In this document: positions 1-9,189 of the stretch, one piece after another | Numbering within the stretch: position 1 is the stretch's first letter | How the letters are laid out: every line of letters starts with the position of its first letter | Assembly (NCBI GenBank): GCA_965203175.1 | Contig: OZ241867.1 | Coordinates: 3,166,461 to 3,230,460 of the forward strand | Length of the DNA stretch: 64,000 bases | Reading direction: 5' to 3' | Origin: Candidatus Latescibacterota bacterium | Lineage (GTDB): Bacteria > Latescibacterota > UBA2968 > UBA8231 | Program-made: the position numbers and the translations under genes | The notes under the pieces: generated by a model | Told to the model about the DNA's origin: nothing | Databases searched by the model: none | What the model saw: the letters and a program-made list of their open reading frames with translations, nothing else

Positions 1-3000
1 ACGAGTTTCCGGTGTTGGTGCCGATTGACGAGGGGTTCTGGCTTGAATGCGCAGGCGAGCGGTTCGAATTGTTCGGCGTCTGGCCCAATTTGGTGCGGAC
101 GCCAACCCTGCCGGCTGAGGGACTTGAGGGGCAGTTGGTGTATGGCGGGGATGGCAGCCGCCTTGAAGGGCAGCCGGTGGCTGGGCGGATCGTCCTGCTT
201 GACTATGTCTCGGGTACAGCTTGGGTGGATGCGTTTCACTTGGGGGCCGCTGCCGTGGTGTTTTTGGAATCGGCCGGGGCGCATCGCAAGGAAGCCGAGC
301 AAAAGTTCCTCGACGTGCCGGCCGACTTGCCGCGTCTCTATGCGCGCAAAGACGTGGCGGAACGTTTGCGGGTGTTGTCAAGGTCGCAGGCGCAGGTGCG
401 CTTGCGGGGGCGGATGACGTGGCGGGAGGTGGCTGCGCAGAACTTGGTCGCCGTGATCCCTGGGCACGATGCGACGCTGAAGGAGGAGGTCATTTTCCTC
501 GCCGCGCATTACGACGCCGTGTCGCCAGTGCCAGCGTTAGCGCCGGGGGCCGAGCAAGCTGTGAGTGCGGCGGCGCTGTTGGAATTGGCCCGGGGATTTG
601 CCGCGCGACCGCCCAAGCGCACGGTCGCGTTGCTGTGGACGGCTGGGCATTTCCAGAACATGGCGGGGATGCGCCATTTTGCGCCGTTGCTGGCGGCTGC
701 GGGGCAGCGGGAGGGCGAGGTAGAGGAGACCGCACTGTTGCGGCGGCTCAGCGCGCTGAAGACGCGTTTATTGCTGTGGATGGCCGGGCACTTCCAGAAC
801 ATGGCAGGTATGCGTCATTTTGCGCCGTTGTTGCTAGCGGCTGCGGGACAGCGGGAGGGCGAGGTGGAGGAGACCGCGCTTTTGCGGCGACTCAGCGCGC
901 TGGAGACGCGCTTTTTGGTGGGGTTGGATCTGTCGTCGCACAGTCCGCGACTTGGGGCGTTCAGGCCGACAGAGCCGTATCGCGTTTCCTTGCTCCCGCC
1001 GCCGATCACCGAGCGGTTGTTAAAGCTGGTAACGGCGTACGAAGACTCCGCGTTGGGGGGTAAGCGGGTGCTGGTCAATGGCCTGAAGCAGGACTTTGCC
1101 CGCCAGGGTTTAGGGGGAATGAGCCTGACGGTGCCATTGGATGCGTCTGTCGCGGCCCTCACCGGATGTCCGGCGTTGGCCTTTTGCACGGTCAACGACA
1201 GCCGCGCTCGCTTTGACGCGCCCGACGATGATCCTGCGGCGGTGCGCTTTGACTGGTTGGCTGGTCAAGTTGCGCTGTTGCAGGGTGTGCTGCCCGCGCT
1301 CATTGACGACCCGGAGTTGGAGCCGTGGGCTTGGGGTAACAATGCGTTTGGCACCATTCGCGGGGAGGTGGTTCACTATGGGCCGCGCAGCTATCTGCCG
1401 GATCAGCCTACGGCCGGAGCGTTGGTGCGGGTGCGGCTGCGCCATCCGACGTTGGCTGGGGTGCGGCCGGATTTTTGGGCGGCGGTGGATGATTCGGGGC
1501 GGTTTGCCATTCCCGGGGTCGAGTCGGGGATCATCTACACGAAGCCGGTGCGGTTGGAAGCGTATCGGCTCGATGCGGAGACCGGGGCGGTGACGGATGC
1601 GCCGGACTGGGGGATCAATGGGGAGCGCAAGTTGCCGGGGCGCGCGCTGACGGTGACGATGGATGGTGCTGAGGAAGAGGAGCAGATCGTCACTGCTCCG
1701 CTGCGGGGGACGACGCTGTTTGGGATTTTTGATCCGCGCAATTTGTTGACTTTGGAGCGCGTGCAAGCGATTGACGCGGCACTGGAAGCCGAGCCGGTGG
1801 TGTACGGGGCCTGCCTGCCGCTGACGGCTTCGGAAATGGAGTTATTCAGCTATGTGAATCGGGTGGGGTCGTGGACGGAGCCGGTCGCCGTGATTTTTAC
1901 CCAGCCTAACGAGCGGTTCAAGGCCGTGATGGCAACGGGCCGCTATGGGTTGGGGCGACGCCTGCTGTTGCTCAACGGGACGGAGGATGTTCCGAGCGGG
2001 GTGGGCTATGCGGTCGATGGGAAGGGGCGCGTCGTGGAGACGGTGTATCGGGTGGCTGCCGATATGCACACGCTCAATGGCGAGCGGATTGACCGGCTGG
2101 AGCGACACGGCGTGCGCAATGGACGGTTGGCGGCCTTTCACGAGCGGTCGGCTGGACTACTGGCAGAGGCAGCAGTGGCGCGCGCCGAGCATCGGCACCA
2201 AGATTTTTTCGATCGGGCGCGGCGCGCTTGGGCACTGGCCGCGGCGGCCTATCGGGACGTGGAGCGGACGCAAGCGGGGGTGGTGCAGGGCGCGCTCTTT
2301 TTGTTGGCTGTGCTGATTCCCTTTGCCCACTTTGCCGAGCGGTTGGCGTTTGGGTTTGCCGATTTGCGGCGGCAGGTATTTGGGTATTTCGCGCTCTTTC
2401 TCGTTGGCTTTGTCGCCCTGCGCTACGTGCATCCGGCCTTTGAGTTGTCGATCTCGCCGGCGATCATCCTGCTCGGTTTCGTCATCTTGGCATTGGGGAT
2501 TTTGGTCACGTTTCTGGGGATGTCGCGGTTAAATCGGGAGTTGCAGGCGTTAGGCAATCGACGCGGGCAGATCGCGGTGCAGCGATCGGGCGCAGTGCTG
2601 AGCTCAGTCGCCGTGGGGTTGGCGCATTTGCGGCGACGGCCGTGGCGCACGGGGCTGACCTGCGCGACGCTGGTGTTGTTGACCTTTGCCGTGCTGTCCT
2701 TCACGTCGATCCGTGCTGCACTGCATACGAATTGGATTCCGATTGGCGCGGACGCGGCGTACGAGGGCGCGTTGGTGCGGATGCCGGGCTGGCAGGCTAT
2801 GGAGATGGAGGGCTACGACTTGTTGCGCGATTGGTTTGGAGACGAGCAGGTCGCGCCTCGGGCGTGGCTGGCGGTAAGATCGCTGGCGTCTTCCTACCGG
2901 GTCGAGCGGGATGACGCGGCGGAGCGAGCGGTCGGGGTTTGGGGATTTGTTGGGCTAGCGGCGCAAGAAGAGGATTTGCTCGGGCCGGAGGTGATAGCCG

Positions 3001-4304
3001 GGCGGTGGCTGCGGCCCGGGGAAGAGGATGCCTGTCTGTTGCCGGTGGGATTGGCGGATTCTTTGGGGGTCAGTGCCGAGGGATTGGAGCAGGAGCGGGT
3101 GCGGGTTTTTGGAGAGGTGTTTCGGGTCGTTGGGTTGCTTGCAGATGACGCGTTGGATCGGCTCGATCTGAATGGCGAGCCGCTGACCCCGTTGGATCCA
3201 GAGGCGCAACAGCCAGCGGAAGCGGAAGTGGGACGCGAGCAGGGGGGGAAGTTGCGGCCGTTTGCCCATTTGCCCGCGTCGGCAACGCCAGTTTTGCCGT
3301 TTGCCGCGCTGATGCGGTGGGAAGGGGTGCGGTTGGCGTCGGTGGGGATCCGGGTGGATGGGGGCACGGAAGAGGTTCGCAGTGCACTGGTAGAGTTGGC
3401 GGAGACGTTGGACTTGAACTTGTTCGCCGGCCTCGGAGGGCAGCGCTTGCTCGTCAATTCAGTTGGGGTGGCGTCGGTGTCGGGATGGGGGTCGCTGATC
3501 GTGCCGCTGCTGATCGCCGGGTTGATCGTGTTCAACACCATGCTCGGAGCCGTGTACGAGCGGACGCAGGAAATCGGCACCTTTAACGCGGTTGGCTTAG
3601 CCCCCGGGCACGTTAGCGGGCTGTTCATGGCGGAAGCAGTGGCTTTGGGGGTGGTCGGCACGGTCGCTGGGTATTTGCTGGGGCAAGGTGCGGCGCAGCT
3701 TTTGAGTCAAAGGGGATTTCTGCCGGGGTTGGAGCTGAATTACTCGTCGCTGGGGGCGGTGCTCACCGTCGGCGCGATTGCGCTGTTGGTGGTGGCGTCG
3801 GCGCTCTATCCGGCGCGCATGGCTGGGCGGATCTGCACGCCGGGGATTGAACGGCGGTGGAAGCTGCCGGTCGTCTCAGGCGAGCATTTGCGCGTGCAAC
3901 TGCCCTTCTCGCTGGCGCGGCGCGAAGCGCTCGGCATGGCAGCGTTCCAAGCGGAATCGTGGGCGGCCAATCAGGAGCAGTCGATCGGGGCGGGATTTTA
4001 CGTCGAAGCCCTGCAGGTGGAGCAGGTGGGGGAGAAGGTACGCGTGGCGGCACAGGTGTGGTTGGCGCCGTTTGACCAAGGCGTGGTGCAAGAGACCGCG
4101 ATGGAGATAGGGCCGGGGGCGGATCTGCACTATTGCGATATTCACGTTGATTTGACGTTGGTGGCTGGAGATCTGGCTACGTGGCAGCGGGTGGTGCGCA
4201 CTTTTTTGGACGATGTGCGCAAACAATTTTTGGTCTGGCGCACCTTGGATGCGGAGAGCCGCCGCTACTACGCCGAGCAGTTGCCGCAGTGGGAGCGGGG
4301 CTGA
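1..4304 (+). CDS. Giant membrane protein (>=1430 aa, 5' end open to the window edge): PA/M28-peptidase-like ectodomain, multi-TM region, FtsX/MacB-type permease domain and a ~190-aa C-terminal tail
   Basis: ORF 12..4304 has no upstream stop back to nt 1. M28-like motifs: AAHYDAV and PGAEQAVSAAALLELAR. FtsX-type segments: RRRPWRTGLTCATLVLLTFAVLSF and LIVPLLIAGLIVFNTMLGAVYERTQEIGTFNAVGLAPGHVSGLFMAEAVALGVVG. Motifs read by eye only. Confidence 0.6.
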   Translation, partial: EFPVLVPIDEGFWLECAGERFELFGVWPNLVRTPTLPAEGLEGQLVYGGDGSRLEGQPVAGRIVLLDYVSGTAWVDAFHLGAAAVVFLESAGAHRKEAEQKFLDVPADLPRLYARKDVAERLRVLSRSQAQVRLRGRMTWREVAAQNLVAVIPGHDATLKEEVIFLAAHYDAVSPVPALAPGAEQAVSAAALLELARGFAARPPKRTVALLWTAGHFQNMAGMRHFAPLLAAAGQREGEVEETALLRRLSALKTRLLLWMAGHFQNMAGMRHFAPLLLAAAGQREGEVEETALLRRLSALETRFLVGLDLSSHSPRLGAFRPTEPYRVSLLPPPITERLLKLVTAYEDSALGGKRVLVNGLKQDFARQGLGGMSLTVPLDASVAALTGCPALAFCTVNDSRARFDAPDDDPAAVRFDWLAGQVALLQGVLPALIDDPELEPWAWGNNAFGTIRGEVVHYGPRSYLPDQPTAGALVRVRLRHPTLAGVRPDFWAAVDDSGRFAIPGVESGIIYTKPVRLEAYRLDAETGAVTDAPDWGINGERKLPGRALTVTMDGAEEEEQIVTAPLRGTTLFGIFDPRNLLTLERVQAIDAALEAEPVVYGACLPLTASEMELFSYVNRVGSWTEPVAVIFTQPNERFKAVMATGRYGLGRRLLLLNGTEDVPSGVGYAVDGKGRVVETVYRVAADMHTLNGERIDRLERHGVRNGRLAAFHERSAGLLAEAAVARAEHRHQDFFDRARRAWALAAAAYRDVERTQAGVVQGALFLLAVLIPFAHFAERLAFGFADLRRQVFGYFALFLVGFVALRYVHPAFELSISPAIILLGFVILALGILVTFLGMSRLNRELQALGNRRGQIAVQRSGAVLSSVAVGLAHLRRRPWRTGLTCATLVLLTFAVLSFTSIRAALHTNWIPIGADAAYEGALVRMPGWQAMEMEGYDLLRDWFGDEQVAPRAWLAVRSLASSYRVERDDAAERAVGVWGFVGLAAQEEDLLGPEVIAGRWLRPGEEDACLLPVGLADSLGVSAEGLEQERVRVFGEVFRVVGLLADDALDRLDLNGEPLTPLDPEAQQPAEAEVGREQGGKLRPFAHLPASATPVLPFAALMRWEGVRLASVGIRVDGGTEEVRSALVELAETLDLNLFAGLGGQRLLVNSVGVASVSGWGSLIVPLLIAGLIVFNTMLGAVYERTQEIGTFNAVGLAPGHVSGLFMAEAVALGVVGTVAGYLLGQGAAQLLSQRGFLPGLELNYSSLGAVLTVGAIALLVVASALYPARMAGRICTPGIERRWKLPVVSGEHLRVQLPFSLARREALGMAAFQAESWAANQEQSIGAGFYVEALQVEQVGEKVRVAAQVWLAPFDQGVVQETAMEIGPGADLHYCDIHVDLTLVAGDLATWQRVVRTFLDDVRKQFLVWRTLDAESRRYYAEQLPQWERG
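633..917 (+). repeat. In-frame tandem duplication inside the M28-like domain (copy 1 633..773, 47 codons; copy 2 774..917, 48 codons)
   Basis: Protein repeat LLW(T/M)AGHFQNMAGMRHFAPLL(L)AAAGQREGEVEETALLRRLSAL(K/E)TR(L/F). Codon-by-codon comparison gives 12 synonymous and 3 non-synonymous differences plus one extra codon. Confidence 0.92.
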
Positions 4305-4307
4305 ACG

Positions 4308-5135
4308 TTACGCGGGAACTGGAAAATCGGGCTTGCCATAAACCATGTTGTGAAACACCTGCCAGAAGGATTCGCCTTCGCACCGAATCGTAACGTCATC
4401 TACGCGCTCAACCCCTTCTGGCACGGAAAGATGGTTGGGGTCGGGGTGCGTCACCTCCACCACTACGGGATGTTTTGCAATGAGCGGTTCGATATTTTTT
4501 GCGGCCGCCATGGCTTCTTGTACGCGCGTCTTAATCAGGGCGCGGGCATCTGTTGGCGTCATGTGCAGGGCGCATAATTCTCCTAGGCCTTCTTTTACAG
4601 GTGCGGTGACAATGCCGTGGACCCAGCGCTCGGATTCGGTACATGCGTGCAGATCGCCTGCTGTAAAGACCCAGGGAATGCCCAGATGACCACACAAATA
4701 CGCCGCCATTTCCATCTCGCCGACTTCGGCACCATTGACGCGATAGACCATATCGCGGCTCATCGAATGGGCGAGGCATCCGTTGGGCGTGCCGGTCATT
4801 GCGTGCATGCCCACTTGGATCAAGGCGTCGAATCTGGGCGATAAGCCCGGCAACCAGCACGGCCGCTTGACACCCTGGACCAGTTTTACGCCTGAGATCA
4901 ATTCTTCGGACAAAATCGTGCGCCCGGCCCCATGCGCGTCATTGATGATCACTTCTTCGACACCTGCTGCAAATAAGCCTTCGGCCGCGGCGTTGACTTC
5001 GCCGGTCAACAAGCGCTGCATCTCGGCGCGGTCGTACACGCCTTTTGCCGTTGTCGCATCGTCCCGGTGCCTCGGGTCCCAATCATCGACGCCGGCCACG
5101 CCTTCCAAATCGGTCATCATATAAACGGATTTCAC
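4308..5135 (-). CDS. M55-family D-aminopeptidase (Bacillus DppA-like)
   Basis: 275-aa ORF. The N-terminus MKSVYMMTDLEGVAGV and the overall length are typical of peptidase family M55. Convergent with the giant ORF, 3 nt apart. Confidence 0.7.
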   Translation of the reverse strand: MKSVYMMTDLEGVAGVDDWDPRHRDDATTAKGVYDRAEMQRLLTGEVNAAAEGLFAAGVEEVIINDAHGAGRTILSEELISGVKLVQGVKRPCWLPGLSPRFDALIQVGMHAMTGTPNGCLAHSMSRDMVYRVNGAEVGEMEMAAYLCGHLGIPWVFTAGDLHACTESERWVHGIVTAPVKEGLGELCALHMTPTDARALIKTRVQEAMAAAKNIEPLIAKHPVVVEVTHPDPNHLSVPEGVERVDDVTIRCEGESFWQVFHNMVYGKPDFPVPA

Positions 5136-5311
5136 GATTGTGGGATTCTCCTACTTTGAGGGTATTTCTGAGATCTTTTGCGTACTTCAAATTAATGTTT
5201 ATGGATGGAATACCAAGCCCCTAAGTCAATATAGGATTCTTCGGGAGGTCTAAAGCCTCAAAGGTTTGGCAGCTAGGGGACAACGCAAAGAATGTTAGAA
5301 AGGTTTATGAG

Positions 5312-7216
5312 ATGGCCGCGCTGCGCTTAGCCGCGCTCATCGTCGGCATCACGGTCGCAAGCGGGTGGTTGCTCCAGCGCGTCGGATTGCTGTACAACGG
5401 CCCGCATTTGGCCGGGGCCGGGAGTATGCCGGGGGCGCAGGTCTTTCTCGCCGTGCCGTTAGGGGCTTTGGCGGCGGCTACCTTAATGCGTCGTTTGCTT
5501 GGCCCGGGGGATCGTGCGGTGCTTTACGCTGCGCTGGTCATCGGGGTGTCGGCTACGGCTTCCGGTCTGATGCACCGGTTTTTGCCGGGTTTGGTGACGG
5601 GTTTCTACGGGGGATTTGCCCAGCCGACCGGTCCCTATTATCGCTTTTTGAAAGTCGTCCCGGATTGGTTGGTGCCGGGAGGGCCGAATGAGGCTCCGGC
5701 CATCGGGGCGTTTGAGGGTGGCGCGGCCGTGCCTTGGGGAGCGTGGCTGTGGCCTCTGGTGATGTGGAGCGCGTTTTTCGGCGCATTTTTTCTGACCTGC
5801 TTTTGCTTGGTGTGGCTGTTGCGACAGCGCTGGCTGGAGACCGAGCGGTTGGGATTCCCGTTGCTGGAAGTGCCCCGCGCCCTCATTGCCGGAGACCTGT
5901 TTGGCCAGCGGCTGTTTTGGTGGGGTGCGTTGGTGCCGGGCGTGCTGTTGGGGATCAATGGGTTGCACCACTACACGCCGACTGTGCCCGAGATCGACAC
6001 GAGCTTGAACATGGCGCATTTCCTGCTCGATGACCCGTGGAAAGCCATGGCGCCCTTTGAGTCGCCGTTCCACTTCGAGTTTGTTCCCCTGTTGGTGGGC
6101 GCGGCTTTTCTCACTCCAGTGGAAGTGTCGTTCAGCACGTGGTTTTTCTATCTGCTCACCCGCGTGCAATTGCTGGTGGCCCACTTCCTCGGGCGCCTCG
6201 AATATCGCGGCGACTTCATCCCTGGGCACGGGTCGCAGTGGCTAGATTGGCCGGGTCACTTTCCCTTTTTTATGACGCAGGCACGCGGCGGCTTGCTGTT
6301 TTTGGGGCTGTTCAGCTTGTGGTCGGCGCGACGGGCACTGGCGGCGGCGATTTCTTGGCGCAGCCGAGCGACGTGGTGGCTGGTGGCTGGGTTGCTGATG
6401 ATGTGGGCGTGGATTACGGCGTTGGGGGTGCCGCCGCTGATGGGCATTGCGGCGCTGGTGCTGGTGTTGCTGATGGCGTTGACGTTTGCGCGGCTGCGGA
6501 TCGACGGGGGCCTGCCCATTGTGGGGATGCCGCAGATTGTGGGCTACCTGTTCTTCGTGATTTTGGGAACCGGCGCTGGACATTTTGCCGACGAGACCTA
6601 CATGGGTTTTGGCTTTTTGGCGGTGTTTGGCTTTACGATGATTGGGATTTGGCCCGCCCTGCAATTTGAGGGTCTCAAGTTGGCCGATATGTACGGGGTG
6701 TCGCCGCGCCGCTTGATTTGGGGGATGGCTTTGGGGTTGGCTGTTGGGCTAGGGGCTGGATATGTGTTTTCGCTGGAAACGATCTACGAGTACGGGTTGT
6801 TTGCTTTGCAGGAACAGGGCGGCGCGCGGTCTGAAGCGCGGATTGGCCGCTACTACAACTACTTGTTCAAAGACGCGGGCACGGTGGACGGGGGCACGGA
6901 CTGGGTGCGCTTGGGATTTCACGCGATTGGGGCGGGCTTTACCTATTTCTTGGCGTTGATGCGCCAGCACTTTCTGCGCTGGCCCTTGCATCCGATGGGC
7001 TTTGTGTTTGGCACGGGTTTTGGCTGGCTGGTGTGGGGGTCGGTGTTGTGCGGCTGGCTGTGCAAGTGGCTGGCGGTGCGCTACGGCGGGGCACAGACCT
7101 ACCGGCGGGTCATGCCGTTTTTCTTGGGGATGATTTGCGGCGAGGTCGCGATGCGGCTTGTATGGGCCGCGGTTGCGCTGGTGCAAGGTGAGATGGGGGG
7201 TGGATACCGACCGTGA
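5312..7216 (+). CDS. Large polytopic membrane protein, distant OPT-superfamily-like (paralog of the next gene)
   Basis: 634 aa with many hydrophobic helices. Contains motif ETERLGFPLLEVP and a C-terminal RYGGAQTYRRVMPFFLGMICGE motif mirrored in the next ORF. I recall similar proteins annotated as DUF6785/DUF6784 pairs, but this is memory only. Confidence 0.5.
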   Translation: MAALRLAALIVGITVASGWLLQRVGLLYNGPHLAGAGSMPGAQVFLAVPLGALAAATLMRRLLGPGDRAVLYAALVIGVSATASGLMHRFLPGLVTGFYGGFAQPTGPYYRFLKVVPDWLVPGGPNEAPAIGAFEGGAAVPWGAWLWPLVMWSAFFGAFFLTCFCLVWLLRQRWLETERLGFPLLEVPRALIAGDLFGQRLFWWGALVPGVLLGINGLHHYTPTVPEIDTSLNMAHFLLDDPWKAMAPFESPFHFEFVPLLVGAAFLTPVEVSFSTWFFYLLTRVQLLVAHFLGRLEYRGDFIPGHGSQWLDWPGHFPFFMTQARGGLLFLGLFSLWSARRALAAAISWRSRATWWLVAGLLMMWAWITALGVPPLMGIAALVLVLLMALTFARLRIDGGLPIVGMPQIVGYLFFVILGTGAGHFADETYMGFGFLAVFGFTMIGIWPALQFEGLKLADMYGVSPRRLIWGMALGLAVGLGAGYVFSLETIYEYGLFALQEQGGARSEARIGRYYNYLFKDAGTVDGGTDWVRLGFHAIGAGFTYFLALMRQHFLRWPLHPMGFVFGTGFGWLVWGSVLCGWLCKWLAVRYGGAQTYRRVMPFFLGMICGEVAMRLVWAAVALVQGEMGGGYRP

Positions 7217-9183
7217 TGGCTAACGAACTGACCAGCTACCGCGACCTGATGCAGCCCCCGACGCGCTTTCGCGAGGGCTTTACTGCGCGCACTGTGGCCG
7301 GGGCGTTCTTCGTCGGTTTTATCATGATGCCCGGTGCTATTTACATGGGCCTGATTGCCGGCGCATCGCTCGGTGCGGCCGCCGAGTGGGTGACCATCAT
7401 CCTGTTTTCCGAGCTGGCGCGGCGTTCCTTTTCTTCGCTGACGCGGCAGGAGATATACCTGATCTACTACATTGCTGGCGGCTTGGCCGGCGTTATCGGC
7501 GGTACCATGCTGGCTGGGGGGCCGTTTGGGCAACTGGTGTGGAACCAGTACCTCGCGCAGTCGCAGGCCGCGGCTGGCTTTGGCATTGCCGAGCACATCC
7601 CAGAATGGGTCGCGCCGCCGGTCGGTTCAGACGCGCTGGTCGGGCGCAGCTTTTTGCACCGGGCGTGGATTCCGCCGGTGGTCGTGCTAGTGGCCTCGCA
7701 GGTGTTGTCGCGGGTCGAGTGGTTCACGCTCGGCTACATTCTCTTTCGGGTCACGTCCGATGTGGAGCGCTTGCCCTTTCCGTTGGCACCGGTAGCCGCA
7801 CAGGGGGCGACGGCTCTGGCCGAGGCCGACGAGGGGCGGGATAGCTGGCGGTGGCGGGTTTTCTCAGTGGGCATGGGGATTGGGTTGCTGTTCGGCGCGG
7901 TGTACGTGGGGTTGCCTGCGCTGACCGGGTTGATCGCTAGCGATCCCATCGTTCTGCTGCCCATTCCTTGGATCGATCTGACGCGCGCGACGCAGGACGT
8001 TTTGCCGGCCGCGCCTTTGGGCATTGGCACGGACTTGGGCTTGGTGCTGTTGGGGATGGTGCTGCCGTTTTGGATCGTCGTTGGCACGTTTGCTGCGGCC
8101 ATGGTTCACGCCTTGGGCAGCCCGGTTCTCTATCACGCGGGCATGCTGACGCACTGGCGGCCGGGCATGGACGCGATTCTGACGAATTTTGCCAATGACA
8201 TCGACGTGTGGATGAGCGTGTACATTGGCGCGGGCGCGGCCGTAGGAGCAATTGGTCTAGTGCACGCCGTGCTGTCGGTGCGGGCCGCGCGCCGTCAGGG
8301 CGGGCATCGCCCGTTGCGGGATACGCCGGCGGGCCGGGGCGACTTCCCGCTGTGGATAGCGATTGTTGGATACGCACTATCGACGCTGGCTATGATTTGG
8401 CTCTGCGTGTTGCTGCTGGAAGACGATGAGTTTCCGCTGGTCTTTTTGCTGCTCTTCGGCTTCGTGGTGACGCCGGTGATTTCATACGTCAATGCGCGCA
8501 TGGCCGGGTTGACGGGTCAGTTGGTCAGCTTTCCGCTGCTGCGCGAAGGCGCTTTTATCTTGAGCGGCTACAAAGGCATTGATATATGGTTCGCGCCCAT
8601 TCCGTACGCTGACCACGGCCGGCGCGCCCAGCTCTTCCGCGAAGTGGAGCTGACCGGCACGCGCTTCTCGTCAATTATCAAGGCCGAGCTGTTGCTGTTG
8701 CCGCTGAGCTTGGTCTGCGGTTTTGTGTTTTGGTCGCTGGTCTGGCAGATGGAGCCCATTCCCTCGCCGACCTTCCAATACGCGCAGACGTATTGGCACC
8801 TCATTGCGCTGCGCCAGTGCTTGTGGTATTCGGCGACGTTGGGCGGGGAGACGCTTTTTGAGCAGGCGATTAAGGGCTGGTGGATCGCGGGGAGTTTTGT
8901 GATGGCCGGAGGGCTATTTGGGGTGATGTCGTGGTTGGGGTGGCCGATTTCGCTGGTGTACGGGTTTGTGCGCGGCCTGGGGGGGCTGCCGCATTTGCTG
9001 ATCCCGGAGATGGCCGGTGCTCTGCTGGCCCGCTATTGGCTGGAGCCGCGCTTTGGGACGCAGCAGTGGCGGCAATACGCGCCGGTGTTGTTGGCTGGCT
9101 ACGCCTGCGGCATGGGCTTGGTGGGCATGTCGGCGGTGGCGATTGCGTTAATATCTAAGTCGGTGACGCAATTGCACTATTGA
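7213..9183 (+). CDS. Large polytopic membrane protein, distant OPT-superfamily-like (paralog of the previous gene)
   Basis: 656 aa. ATGA start/stop overlap with the upstream ORF at 7213-7216. Motif VERLPFPLAPVAAQGATALAE resembles the OPT-family L-x-FPSG-x-A-x-A motif. C-terminal motif: RFGTQQWRQYAPVLLAGYACGMGL. Confidence 0.5.
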   Translation: MMANELTSYRDLMQPPTRFREGFTARTVAGAFFVGFIMMPGAIYMGLIAGASLGAAAEWVTIILFSELARRSFSSLTRQEIYLIYYIAGGLAGVIGGTMLAGGPFGQLVWNQYLAQSQAAAGFGIAEHIPEWVAPPVGSDALVGRSFLHRAWIPPVVVLVASQVLSRVEWFTLGYILFRVTSDVERLPFPLAPVAAQGATALAEADEGRDSWRWRVFSVGMGIGLLFGAVYVGLPALTGLIASDPIVLLPIPWIDLTRATQDVLPAAPLGIGTDLGLVLLGMVLPFWIVVGTFAAAMVHALGSPVLYHAGMLTHWRPGMDAILTNFANDIDVWMSVYIGAGAAVGAIGLVHAVLSVRAARRQGGHRPLRDTPAGRGDFPLWIAIVGYALSTLAMIWLCVLLLEDDEFPLVFLLLFGFVVTPVISYVNARMAGLTGQLVSFPLLREGAFILSGYKGIDIWFAPIPYADHGRRAQLFREVELTGTRFSSIIKAELLLLPLSLVCGFVFWSLVWQMEPIPSPTFQYAQTYWHLIALRQCLWYSATLGGETLFEQAIKGWWIAGSFVMAGGLFGVMSWLGWPISLVYGFVRGLGGLPHLLIPEMAGALLARYWLEPRFGTQQWRQYAPVLLAGYACGMGLVGMSAVAIALISKSVTQLHY

Positions 9184-9189
9184 GGCTCG

